DNA of 57,297 bases from a virus: the IMG/VR virus record IMGVR_UViG_3300028146_000002, positions 1 through 57,297 of that record; one strand, given 5' to 3'. Positions 32,306 to 40,794 of this stretch are shown one piece after another; position 1 is the stretch's first letter, and every line of letters starts with the position of its first letter. Below the pieces are notes generated by a model. It was given only the letters and a program-made list of their open reading frames with translations, did not search any database and was not told the DNA's origin. A program made the translations under genes and the position numbers.

Positions 32306-34659
32306 TTCCCCTTATTTGGGTGCTTCTTGGGCGTACGGGTGATTTGATTTCAGTTCTTCCCCTTCTCCGCGAAGAAGCGCAAGCAGGTCGCCGCCCAACA
32401 CTCATGGTTGCCAAGGAGTTCCTTGGCGTGATGACTGGCGTAAGTTATTGCGATGTGGTTCCGTTTGATGGCGCGTTCGATGACTTGGATGGTGCAGTTG
32501 CCAAGGCGAAGGAGATTGCGGTCGAAGTGAAATGCGTTCAAGTCACAGGGCCGCCTGATGCGGTGAAGCGCTTGACCTACGATCCCACGAACACTGATTC
32601 TGCTAAGACGGATTGTTTCCAGAAAGAGGTTTGGCGGTTCATGGGCAGGTTCGATAGGTGGAAGGACCAGCCACCGCTCATGTTTGATGGACGCGATCCT
32701 GAACGTGAAGTTGCCTTGCTGAATTCAATTGTCCGCCCTGCTAAGAAGAAGATTCTCCTTGTCGCTCTCGGCGGGAACAATGCGCCGTTTCCATATCCAG
32801 ACCTGTGCTTTGAACTCCTGCGTCTCAAGTTCCCGAAGATGCACATTATTGACTTATCGAAGATAAAGGCGAAACAGGTTTACGATCTACTCGGTCTTTA
32901 TGAGATGGCGCATTGCCTTGTGGCCTGTGATAGCGCCCCGCTTCATCTGGCGTATGCACTCGTAAAGACGCTACCGGTGGTCGCGCTCATCAATGACAAG
33001 CCTTCGCTGTGGCACGGGTCCGCATGGCGCGCGAATCACATCGCCCACATTCGCTACACCGATTTTCCAAAGGCTGCGGTGGAGATGCTGGACGCGATTG
33101 AGAACATCGGCAAACCCGGCTCGCCATTTGACCCATCGTTGAGCACACCGAAGATTGTGCATGTCTGGTCCTGCTACGAAATCTCAAGCGAGAACGAAGA
33201 ACGCACTGCCAACGCCGCCGACCTGTGGTATGAGCAGTCGAACGTCGTCGCGTGTCCGGTGGAAGTCGGTTCCGTCGGCCAGGATTCCGCCAACGTGCTC
33301 AAGGATGATAAGCGATTCCCGATGGTCCGCGATGTCATCCGCAAAGCCTGTTATCGCGCTGAGCCTGATGACGTGATTTGCCTCACACGTTGCGATACGT
33401 CTCCGACACCTGGACTTGCCGAGCGAATCCTTTCAGGGCCGCTCCCGGCATACGCCCATCGCACCATCCGCAATGGCGACGGCGACACCTTCCATCCCGC
33501 GGTGGACTTGTTCGCCTTCACGCGGGCGTGGTGGGACGCGCACGGTTCAGAGATGCCGCCGATGGTGCTGGCGATGGACACTTACTGGAATCGCGTGCTG
33601 CTTGATGTGGTGAAGAAGCACGGCGCCCATGAGTTGCCATTTGCTATCCATCGCGAACCAGGCACGCCCGCAGCAGTATCACCTGTGGCCACCAAGCGTT
33701 TGCTCCACAACGAGAATGAAGCCCTGAAATGGTGGCAGAAGAACGGCAGCAAGATTGAGCCTGAGCCGGCCACACAACAAACGTCCGAGGGTTGGATGGT
33801 CAACCGCCATGCGCTCCTGCAATACGGCTACAATCCGAGCATCATTCGCGTTGGTGACCGGCTGCTGATGGCCTACCGCTGGCATCCAGAACACGAAAGC
33901 CGCACGAGGCTGGCCGTCGCTGAACTGGACGCAACCTTTGGCGTCATGGTGAACAAGCAGATTCAGGTCGAAGCGAAGTCAGCCGAAGATCCGCGGCTGT
34001 TCATCTTTGGAGGTGCGCTCTGGATTTGTTACGTGGACAGCACCTTCCCTGACAGAGATCCGAAGTGCATCACGCGATATGGGCGGTTGCGCGAATATGA
34101 GAATCATTGGGCAGTCGAGGATATTTACCAGCCGATGATTGGGAAGAATGACGGATCATCGCTCGAAAAGAATTTCGTTCCGTTTGCCTTTGAGGACAAG
34201 CTGCTTTGCATCTACCAAACGCACGGCGAACAAATCGTCCACGTCCTCGAAGGCGACAAGTCGGTTCTCACACATCGCGCGCTCGGCCCACGCTGGCCAT
34301 ACGGTCCTATGCGCGGTGGCACTGTGCCGCTTCCTTACAAGGGAAAATTTCTGCGCTTCTTCCACTCTGGCTTGGATAACGAACCCCCACCGTGGCGACG
34401 GCGTTATTACGTTGGTGCGATGCTTATGGAACCAACGCCACCATTCCAGACTGTCGCCATCAGCAGTGAACCAATCCTTCGCGGCAGTGAGCGCGACGAA
34501 TTGAGCGATGTCGAGCGGCAGGGTTGTCAGCAATATAAGGCCAAGGTCGTGTTCCCCTGCGGCGTGCTGGCTTATGAAAAGGATTGGCTGCTCTCAATCG
34601 GAGTGAACGATAGTGCGTGCGCGTTGGTGAAGATAACGGAGGATGATCTGCATCTATGA
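32302..34659 (+). CDS. Multidomain glycosyltransferase (N-terminal GT9-like, central domain, C-terminal GH130/DUF377-like beta-propeller)
   Basis: LLGRTGDLISVLPLL and ACDSAPLHLAYAL are the GT9 pattern. The C-terminal NPSIIRVGDRLLMAYR ... EDPRLF ... FVPF is a glycosylase-like propeller pattern. Confidence 0.5.
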   Translation: MIPLIWVLLGRTGDLISVLPLLREEAQAGRRPTLMVAKEFLGVMTGVSYCDVVPFDGAFDDLDGAVAKAKEIAVEVKCVQVTGPPDAVKRLTYDPTNTDSAKTDCFQKEVWRFMGRFDRWKDQPPLMFDGRDPEREVALLNSIVRPAKKKILLVALGGNNAPFPYPDLCFELLRLKFPKMHIIDLSKIKAKQVYDLLGLYEMAHCLVACDSAPLHLAYALVKTLPVVALINDKPSLWHGSAWRANHIAHIRYTDFPKAAVEMLDAIENIGKPGSPFDPSLSTPKIVHVWSCYEISSENEERTANAADLWYEQSNVVACPVEVGSVGQDSANVLKDDKRFPMVRDVIRKACYRAEPDDVICLTRCDTSPTPGLAERILSGPLPAYAHRTIRNGDGDTFHPAVDLFAFTRAWWDAHGSEMPPMVLAMDTYWNRVLLDVVKKHGAHELPFAIHREPGTPAAVSPVATKRLLHNENEALKWWQKNGSKIEPEPATQQTSEGWMVNRHALLQYGYNPSIIRVGDRLLMAYRWHPEHESRTRLAVAELDATFGVMVNKQIQVEAKSAEDPRLFIFGGALWICYVDSTFPDRDPKCITRYGRLREYENHWAVEDIYQPMIGKNDGSSLEKNFVPFAFEDKLLCIYQTHGEQIVHVLEGDKSVLTHRALGPRWPYGPMRGGTVPLPYKGKFLRFFHSGLDNEPPPWRRRYYVGAMLMEPTPPFQTVAISSEPILRGSERDELSDVERQGCQQYKAKVVFPCGVLAYEKDWLLSIGVNDSACALVKITEDDLHL

Positions 34660-34985
34660 GCAACGAGGAAATACGGCTAGCAATAGCGCAAGTTTTGGAA
34701 CCACAGCAGGAGTGGGAGATTTTTGAGGACATCTATCTCAATGCCCCGCAGCCTTACAGAAAGGATGTCGGCTTCCGTTATCCAGCGCATTCGGGTTGGA
34801 TTATAGCAAAGAATTACCCCGAAGACCTGAACGCGATGCACGAGGCGGCTATGTCAATGACGACAGCCGAGCGGAAGGAAATGAGGTTTTGGCTTTATGA
34901 ATTGACAGATCAAATGAGTGCCCACGATGCCACTGCCAAGCAGCGTGCAGTGGCATTCCTTCGGGTGAAGGGGCTTTGGAAATGA
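34656..34985 (+). CDS. Hypothetical conserved phage protein
   Basis: ATGA-coupled start. Contains NYPEDLNAMHEA...ATAKQRAVAFLRVKGLW. Confidence 0.45.
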   Translation: MSNEEIRLAIAQVLEPQQEWEIFEDIYLNAPQPYRKDVGFRYPAHSGWIIAKNYPEDLNAMHEAAMSMTTAERKEMRFWLYELTDQMSAHDATAKQRAVAFLRVKGLWK

Positions 34986-35587
34986 GCGACCTTGATCTAT
35001 TCGTCCGCATCGCCCGCCTGCATCCAAATGTGGATGGCTGGTGCCCGTTGCCAAAGGCGCAGACGATGGCGGCTGCTGTGCTCGCCTTGCGTCCCGATGT
35101 CACTGTTGAAATCGGCATCTACGGCGGCAAGTCGTTCCTGCCGATGGCACTGGCGCATAAGGAAATTGGCCATGGCGTTTGCCTTGGCATTGACCCGTGG
35201 AACCCGACTGAATCAGCGAAGGATCAGGAGCATCCTGCCGACCGCAAGTATTGGGGCGAACTGAATCACGAAGCGGTGATGAACAAGTTCTTCAAACTGA
35301 TGAACGATCTCAAACTGCATGATTGCACGAAGATAATCCGCCAGCCGAGCGACCAAGTGATTCCACCTGAGAACATCGGCATCCTGTCACTCGATGGCAA
35401 CCATGGTGAGGCATCCATTCGTGATGCCAAACGGTTTGGCCCCAAGGTGCGCGTCGGCGGTTTGGTCTTCGTGGACGACATTGGATGGACAGGCGGCAAG
35501 GTCCGCATCGCTGTGCACGAACTGATCGAAATGGGATTCAAGCGGATGTATGACCTTGGTAGCGGTATTGTGATGCAACGAACATGA
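34982..35587 (+). CDS. Class I SAM-dependent methyltransferase (Methyltransf_24-like)
   Basis: VEIGIYGGKS, LDGNH, and VFVDDIGW. Confidence 0.55.
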   Translation: MSDLDLFVRIARLHPNVDGWCPLPKAQTMAAAVLALRPDVTVEIGIYGGKSFLPMALAHKEIGHGVCLGIDPWNPTESAKDQEHPADRKYWGELNHEAVMNKFFKLMNDLKLHDCTKIIRQPSDQVIPPENIGILSLDGNHGEASIRDAKRFGPKVRVGGLVFVDDIGWTGGKVRIAVHELIEMGFKRMYDLGSGIVMQRT

Positions 35588-35727
35588 GCATTCTTGTTTT
35601 ATTCGTAGGGCTAGGCGGTCTCATTGTCATGGTTTCATTCATACTGTCATGTAGGCTTAACGATCTTGAGGACAGAATTGTGACTTGCGAGAGAAAATTG
35701 AAAGAGATGTTTCCTGATATAACATAG
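35584..35727 (+). CDS. 47-aa single-pass membrane protein
   Basis: ATGA-coupled start. Translates as MSILVLFVGLGGLIVMVSFILSC. The region is locally AT-richer. Confidence 0.4.
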   Translation: MSILVLFVGLGGLIVMVSFILSCRLNDLEDRIVTCERKLKEMFPDIT

Positions 35728-35728
35728 T

Positions 35729-36460
35729 ATGCCGCTGCTTCAATTCAACCTCACGGGACGCTTTGGGAATCTGCTTTTTCAGACAGCCTATGCTTTTGCT
35801 TGGTGCCAGCAGAGCGGCTACGATCTATGCCTTCACCCATGGATTGGCGAGCAAATATTTTCAGGGCTTCCAAAGGTCGTGCGCCCCGAGAACCACACCC
35901 CTGACCTTGTGTGGAATGACCGATTGTTTCAGTGCCAACTTGATCTGATTTACACGCGCAAGCAGGTGCGTGAATGGTTCAAGCTCAAGCCCGAGGTTGA
36001 GAAGATGCTCGTGCCTGCCAGATTCCCAAATCGCGTGTGTTTGAATGTTCGGCAAGGGCAGGACTATCGCGATGCAGGACTTGTGACACTTTCAGAGAAG
36101 TGCTATGCGAATGCCGCGATACGACTTGGTTTCAGTCCGGGTGATTGCCGATTCGAGACGGACCTGAACCCAATCACGCTGCCCGCATTTCCAGGAGATT
36201 TGAGATCCAGTGGTCATTGCGTCTCGGCGGTTGGCCTGCCGTCGTTCTATCGGCTGATGACTGCGCCGGTTTTGCTGAGGGCAAATTCTACGTTCAGTTA
36301 TTGGGCTCATGTTCTGTCTGAGAATCAGGTCGTTTACTCACCTGTGATTCGTGGACTACCCGGTGGAGTGCCAAATGTGGACTGCCAAACTTTCCTTCGC
36401 GGCAACTTCCCCGCGATGGTGGATTCGCCTGACCATTCGGATCTTTATCTACAAGAATGA
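35729..36460 (+). CDS. GT11-like (fucosyltransferase-type) glycosyltransferase
   Basis: The N-terminal GRFGNLLFQTAYAFA resembles the GT11 motif GRLGNQ(L/M)FQYA. Confidence 0.45.
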   Translation: MPLLQFNLTGRFGNLLFQTAYAFAWCQQSGYDLCLHPWIGEQIFSGLPKVVRPENHTPDLVWNDRLFQCQLDLIYTRKQVREWFKLKPEVEKMLVPARFPNRVCLNVRQGQDYRDAGLVTLSEKCYANAAIRLGFSPGDCRFETDLNPITLPAFPGDLRSSGHCVSAVGLPSFYRLMTAPVLLRANSTFSYWAHVLSENQVVYSPVIRGLPGGVPNVDCQTFLRGNFPAMVDSPDHSDLYLQE

Positions 36461-37041
36461 CCCTCGAAGAAATCTATCGCCAGAAGTGCAACGAGCCGTC
36501 GGACATCAATGAGCATTTGCCGGTTCTTCGGGAGTATGCCTCAATGTGCCAGCACGCGACTGAGTTTGGCGTCCGGGGCATTGTCTCGACGTGGGCACTT
36601 CTTTGCGGCCTTGCGTGGGGTGCATGGAGATGTGGGTGGGATGGCGGCAACAAGCACACGAGAACCCTTGTGTCATACGATCTTACCCATCCGGGGAAAA
36701 GTGCAATTGATCAGGTGCAGGCGTTAGCGATTGATTCCGGAGTTCGGTTCAAGTTCCTTGTCGGGGACACTCGAAAAATCACTATTGATGAGACGGACCT
36801 GTTATTCATTGATACCTTCCATACCTACAACCAACTCAACGCCGAACTCAGGTTGCACAGCACTAAGGCTCGCAAGTTCATCATCCTGCACGATACTGAA
36901 ACCTTCGGGCGCAGGGGCGAAGCGGGCGACGAGGCTGGGTTGCTTGTTGCGATGGACCTGTTCCTCGCAGAAAACCTGCACTGGAAAATGAGGGCGCAAT
37001 TCTACAACAACAACGGACTGACCATTCTCGAACGCAAATGA
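36457..37041 (+). CDS. Class I SAM-dependent methyltransferase-like protein
   Basis: SDINEHLPVL..EFGVRGIVST ... LLFIDTFHTY ... ILHDT. Confidence 0.45.
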   Translation: MTLEEIYRQKCNEPSDINEHLPVLREYASMCQHATEFGVRGIVSTWALLCGLAWGAWRCGWDGGNKHTRTLVSYDLTHPGKSAIDQVQALAIDSGVRFKFLVGDTRKITIDETDLLFIDTFHTYNQLNAELRLHSTKARKFIILHDTETFGRRGEAGDEAGLLVAMDLFLAENLHWKMRAQFYNNNGLTILERK

Positions 37042-37448
37042 ACTGGGAATATTTGAATCGCTGCCGTCTCCAGCCCGAAAAGGATCGACAATTCGGAACT
37101 ACCCCATCGGACGGGTTCAACGGATTCTTTTGCCTAATCCTTAATGGACTTCCGATCAAGTGCATTGCCAGTGATGGCATGGGGTGGCAGCACGTTTCGG
37201 TGTCCATCGCTAACAGCACCAACACCCCATCATGGTCCATTATGTGTCAGGTCAAAGACTTGTTCTGGAATGACGAGGACTGGGTTGTTCAATTTCATCC
37301 CGCGAAATCTGAGTATGTAAACAATCATCCCGGCGTGCTCCACTTGTGGCGATGCACGACTCAGGCTTTCCCGCAGCCGGATCGGATAATGGTCGGATAC
37401 AAAAATCAAGCCGACCTTGATCGAGTGGCCGCCATGTCAAACCCATGA
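37038..37448 (+). CDS. Conserved hypothetical protein
   Basis: ATGA-coupled start. Contains IASDGMGWQHVSVS...QFHPAKSEYVNNHP. Confidence 0.45.
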   Translation: MNWEYLNRCRLQPEKDRQFGTTPSDGFNGFFCLILNGLPIKCIASDGMGWQHVSVSIANSTNTPSWSIMCQVKDLFWNDEDWVVQFHPAKSEYVNNHPGVLHLWRCTTQAFPQPDRIMVGYKNQADLDRVAAMSNP

Positions 37449-38014
37449 GCAAACTTATCTCCATACTCATGCCCACTCGCGGAAACATCGGCGGGCTGAT
37501 GCTTGCCCTCGGGTCAATCAAGCGCACGGCGACCAATATGGACGAGGTTGAAATCCTGCTGCGGATGGACGACGACGACCCCAATCGAACCGCTATAGCC
37601 GATGGACTTGCGGCTGACTTCGGCGCGCGCACCATTGTTGGCCCTCGCGGACGCGGCTACATTGACATGGGTGTGTTCATCAATGATTTGGCTAAAGAGG
37701 CGACTGGTCAATGGTGCTGGCTGATGGACGATGACGCATGGATTGAAGGCAATTGGCAGCCGCAGATCGCCGCCATTCCCGCCGATCCCGCCAATGGTCC
37801 GTGCCTCAACGCTGAGTTCTATCAGCTTGGCCCGAGCCATTACGTCACGCCGCAAGACAGTCCAGTTGGACTCATTATGCCGACGGCGCTCGTGAAGAAG
37901 ATTTCACACAACAATCCAGTGGACGCTCAATGGTGGAGCATCTCGCGGCAGATGGGCTGGACGACGCACTTTCTGAAAGGTGTCACGTACTATCACGAAG
38001 GGAGAGCACGATGA
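37445..38014 (+). CDS. GT2-family glycosyltransferase
   Basis: ISILMPTRGN, MDDDD, and WLMDDDAW (DxD). Confidence 0.55.
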   Translation: MSKLISILMPTRGNIGGLMLALGSIKRTATNMDEVEILLRMDDDDPNRTAIADGLAADFGARTIVGPRGRGYIDMGVFINDLAKEATGQWCWLMDDDAWIEGNWQPQIAAIPADPANGPCLNAEFYQLGPSHYVTPQDSPVGLIMPTALVKKISHNNPVDAQWWSISRQMGWTTHFLKGVTYYHEGRAR

Positions 38015-39003
38015 CTCTCAATATTTCGTGGCTAACGTCGCGCAAGGCACCATGTTTCGAGTGGTTTATTTCTTCGCTCCTGCGTCAACTCAAAGGCGAT
38101 TTCACCGACATTCAGATCATCGTCGTGGATTATTGGTTGCAGGAGATTCCGCATCACAACTGGACCACCGATGATGCGACGAAGCGGCGGACGGCATGGC
38201 AGGCGATGATTCCCAGTGGCCTTCAATGCGTGCTCACAAATCCTAAGCCTACACCGTGGCAGGGTCCGCATCGCCTAACGAAGAACGACTACTTTGCCGC
38301 AGCGAATACACGCAATACCGCCATCTGTTTCGCCAAGGATGGGCACCTTGCTTACGTGGACGATCTATCCGTGCTCTGTTCTGAGTGGCTACAAGCCGTG
38401 CGCGAGGCGTGCGGGGCGAATCGCATCACCGCTGGCGCATTCAAGAAGCACAAGAACCTCGTGGTTGAGAACGGCGAGGCAAAGAGTTTCGATGTGTATG
38501 AGCCGGGAATGGATAGCCGATGGTCGCATGGCAGAGACTACGCCATCCCGTGCCCGCCAACATGGTTGTTTGGATGCTCGCTCGTCGCGCCAGTTGAGCG
38601 GTTCTTGGAAGTTAACGGATGGGCAGAAATCTGCGACTCGGGCGGGTTGGGACTTGAGGATTGTTCGATGGGTATCGCGTGGGCAAATCATGGACACCAA
38701 CTTTGGTACGATCGCCGGATGCTCACCTACGAGAGCGAGGAACGCCACTTCCAGCAACCGAGTATGAGGCGGATAGACAAGAAGAAGGATGGCACTGTGA
38801 CGATTCCAGGATATGGCACACATCCCGACGAGAAAGGGCATCATCTCGTCCGCGTGCTGTCCAAGGCCAAACGATTCACGAACTACTTTGAACCGGGTGG
38901 CATCGAGCGTCTCCGACAACGAATCTTGTCAGGCGAACCGTTTCCAGTTATCCTTGAACCTCGCCACGACTGGCATGACTCGCAACCTTTGGAACAACTA
39001 TGA
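38011..39003 (+). CDS. Putative GT-A-like glycosyltransferase
   Basis: ATGA-coupled start. Contains IQIIVVDYW and AYVDDLS. The evidence is weak. Confidence 0.35.
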   Translation: MTLNISWLTSRKAPCFEWFISSLLRQLKGDFTDIQIIVVDYWLQEIPHHNWTTDDATKRRTAWQAMIPSGLQCVLTNPKPTPWQGPHRLTKNDYFAAANTRNTAICFAKDGHLAYVDDLSVLCSEWLQAVREACGANRITAGAFKKHKNLVVENGEAKSFDVYEPGMDSRWSHGRDYAIPCPPTWLFGCSLVAPVERFLEVNGWAEICDSGGLGLEDCSMGIAWANHGHQLWYDRRMLTYESEERHFQQPSMRRIDKKKDGTVTIPGYGTHPDEKGHHLVRVLSKAKRFTNYFEPGGIERLRQRILSGEPFPVILEPRHDWHDSQPLEQL

Positions 39004-39272
39004 CAAACACCGACAAGCCCATGGAACTTAACGACGCCATCTCCCGCCTGCTCAAGAGCGGCGTGGTCAAGGTCACCTTCGGCCAGCGTGACGACAATAC
39101 CATCGGCGTGATGGCTGAGCAGATGCTCAATGCAGGTGAGCAACATTTCATGCACCAAGCGAGCGATGTGACCGCCGAAGAAGGATTCAACAAAGTCCTG
39201 CGCTCGGTCGAACATGCGGCTCAACTTCAAGACACGATCCTCAAAATCCCGCGCAACGGGAAACTCAAGTAA
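39000..39272 (+). CDS. Hypothetical protein
   Basis: 90-aa coupled ORF. Confidence 0.4.
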   Translation: MTNTDKPMELNDAISRLLKSGVVKVTFGQRDDNTIGVMAEQMLNAGEQHFMHQASDVTAEEGFNKVLRSVEHAAQLQDTILKIPRNGKLK

Positions 39273-39577
39273 TGGGCGACACGAAAGAACTATTCCTTCG
39301 GCAGACTGAACTCTGCGAGCAGTTGAATGCCGTAGTTACCACGGACTGGTTTAAGAAGTGCCTCGCCTTCGCCTGTGCTGAATTGATGGAGCGCCCCGGT
39401 GTCACATCGGAGCATTTGGCCGGCGTCCAGCGATTCAAGGTTGTCCTACTGTCCATGACTGATGATGACGATGATGAGTCTGTGGCGTTGCCGTCCAGTG
39501 GACTCATCCACAATTTAGACATTCCTTCCCGAGATGTTCCGCCTCAACCAAAGCCTAAACGAAAGAAGAAAACATGA
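39272..39577 (+). CDS. Hypothetical protein
   Basis: 101-aa coupled ORF. Confidence 0.4.
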   Translation: MGDTKELFLRQTELCEQLNAVVTTDWFKKCLAFACAELMERPGVTSEHLAGVQRFKVVLLSMTDDDDDESVALPSSGLIHNLDIPSRDVPPQPKPKRKKKT

Positions 39578-40794
39578 AGATTCTGCTCGCTCCTGATTCC
39601 GGCGCTGCCGTCGCAGCTCCACCTGCGCCCGCTACTCCCGCGCCTGCCAAACCAACCGCCCCGGCGCCAGCCGAAGGCGGGGATGACTTTTCCAGCGTGG
39701 ACGCGCTCGCCAAAGCGCCGAAGCCGAAAGCCGCTCCCGTCAAGCCTGAGTCGCCGAAGGACACGAAGGATGCCCCCAAGCCAAAGGACGAGAAGTCTGC
39801 TCCTGCCGAGCCTGCCTTTGACGATCCGGACGATAACAAGTTCCAAACCCCGAAGGCATTGCGCGAGGCACGCAAGCGGGCTTTGAATGAACTCAACAAC
39901 ACGAACCAAAAGCTTCGTGAGTATGAGCGCAAGATCGCGGATGCCGATGGTAAAGGCAAAGACACATCGGCATTGGCCAAACGTGTCGAGGCGTTGGAGA
40001 AAGAGAAAGAGGATCTGCACGCTAGCCTGCGGGCCGCCAAGCAGGAGGTCTCACCTGACTTCAAGCAGAAGTATGAGGCACCGCTTGAAAAGGCGATTAA
40101 ACGTGCTCATGCCCGCATTGGAGAGTTGAAAATTTTGGATGAAGCGGGAACTCCGGTGGCCAATGCTGACTGGAAGGTATTCAGTAAAATCTATGGCATG
40201 GAGCGCGAAGTGGCCAAGCAAGAGGCAAAGCGCCTATTTGGTGATGATGCTGACCTTGTGATGGATTATCGCGCTGAGATCCAGCGGCTCACCGAAGATC
40301 GCAATGAAGCGTTGGAGTCTGAGAAAGAGAACTGGAAAGCCCGCCAGGAAAAGGAACGTGCCGACCAGGCATTGCAAGCCGAGCAATGGGAGACCGCCCA
40401 ACAGGAAGCCATCCGCGAAGTGGCTGAGCGCAATGCCGAATGGTTCCAGGATGGCAAGGACGCTGACGAGAACGCCATTCGCAAGGCATCCATGACCGTA
40501 CTCGAGAATGGCGTCAAGGGTTTGGACAAGGACGGCAACCCGTTAACGCCAAAGAAACTGGCTCAATTCGTCGCTACAGTGCGTCACCGCGCGGCCAACT
40601 TCCCCGTAATGGTCCGCAGGCTCACCGATGCACTGGAGCGCGTTTCAGAGCTTGAGGGCGTGCTTGCCGAGAAGAATGGCAGTGCGCCGGGTGCAACGGC
40701 TCATCCTGCGTCCGGGGTTGACGAACGAAAGCCTGAGACTGATTGGCGGGATGATTTGCGCAAGAGTGTGCCGACAGTCAATGACGGTGGCTAG
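39574..40794 (+). CDS. Putative scaffolding protein
   Basis: 406 aa with an A/P/K-rich N-terminus followed by long charged coiled coils. Confidence 0.4.
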   Translation: MKILLAPDSGAAVAAPPAPATPAPAKPTAPAPAEGGDDFSSVDALAKAPKPKAAPVKPESPKDTKDAPKPKDEKSAPAEPAFDDPDDNKFQTPKALREARKRALNELNNTNQKLREYERKIADADGKGKDTSALAKRVEALEKEKEDLHASLRAAKQEVSPDFKQKYEAPLEKAIKRAHARIGELKILDEAGTPVANADWKVFSKIYGMEREVAKQEAKRLFGDDADLVMDYRAEIQRLTEDRNEALESEKENWKARQEKERADQALQAEQWETAQQEAIREVAERNAEWFQDGKDADENAIRKASMTVLENGVKGLDKDGNPLTPKKLAQFVATVRHRAANFPVMVRRLTDALERVSELEGVLAEKNGSAPGATAHPASGVDERKPETDWRDDLRKSVPTVNDGG

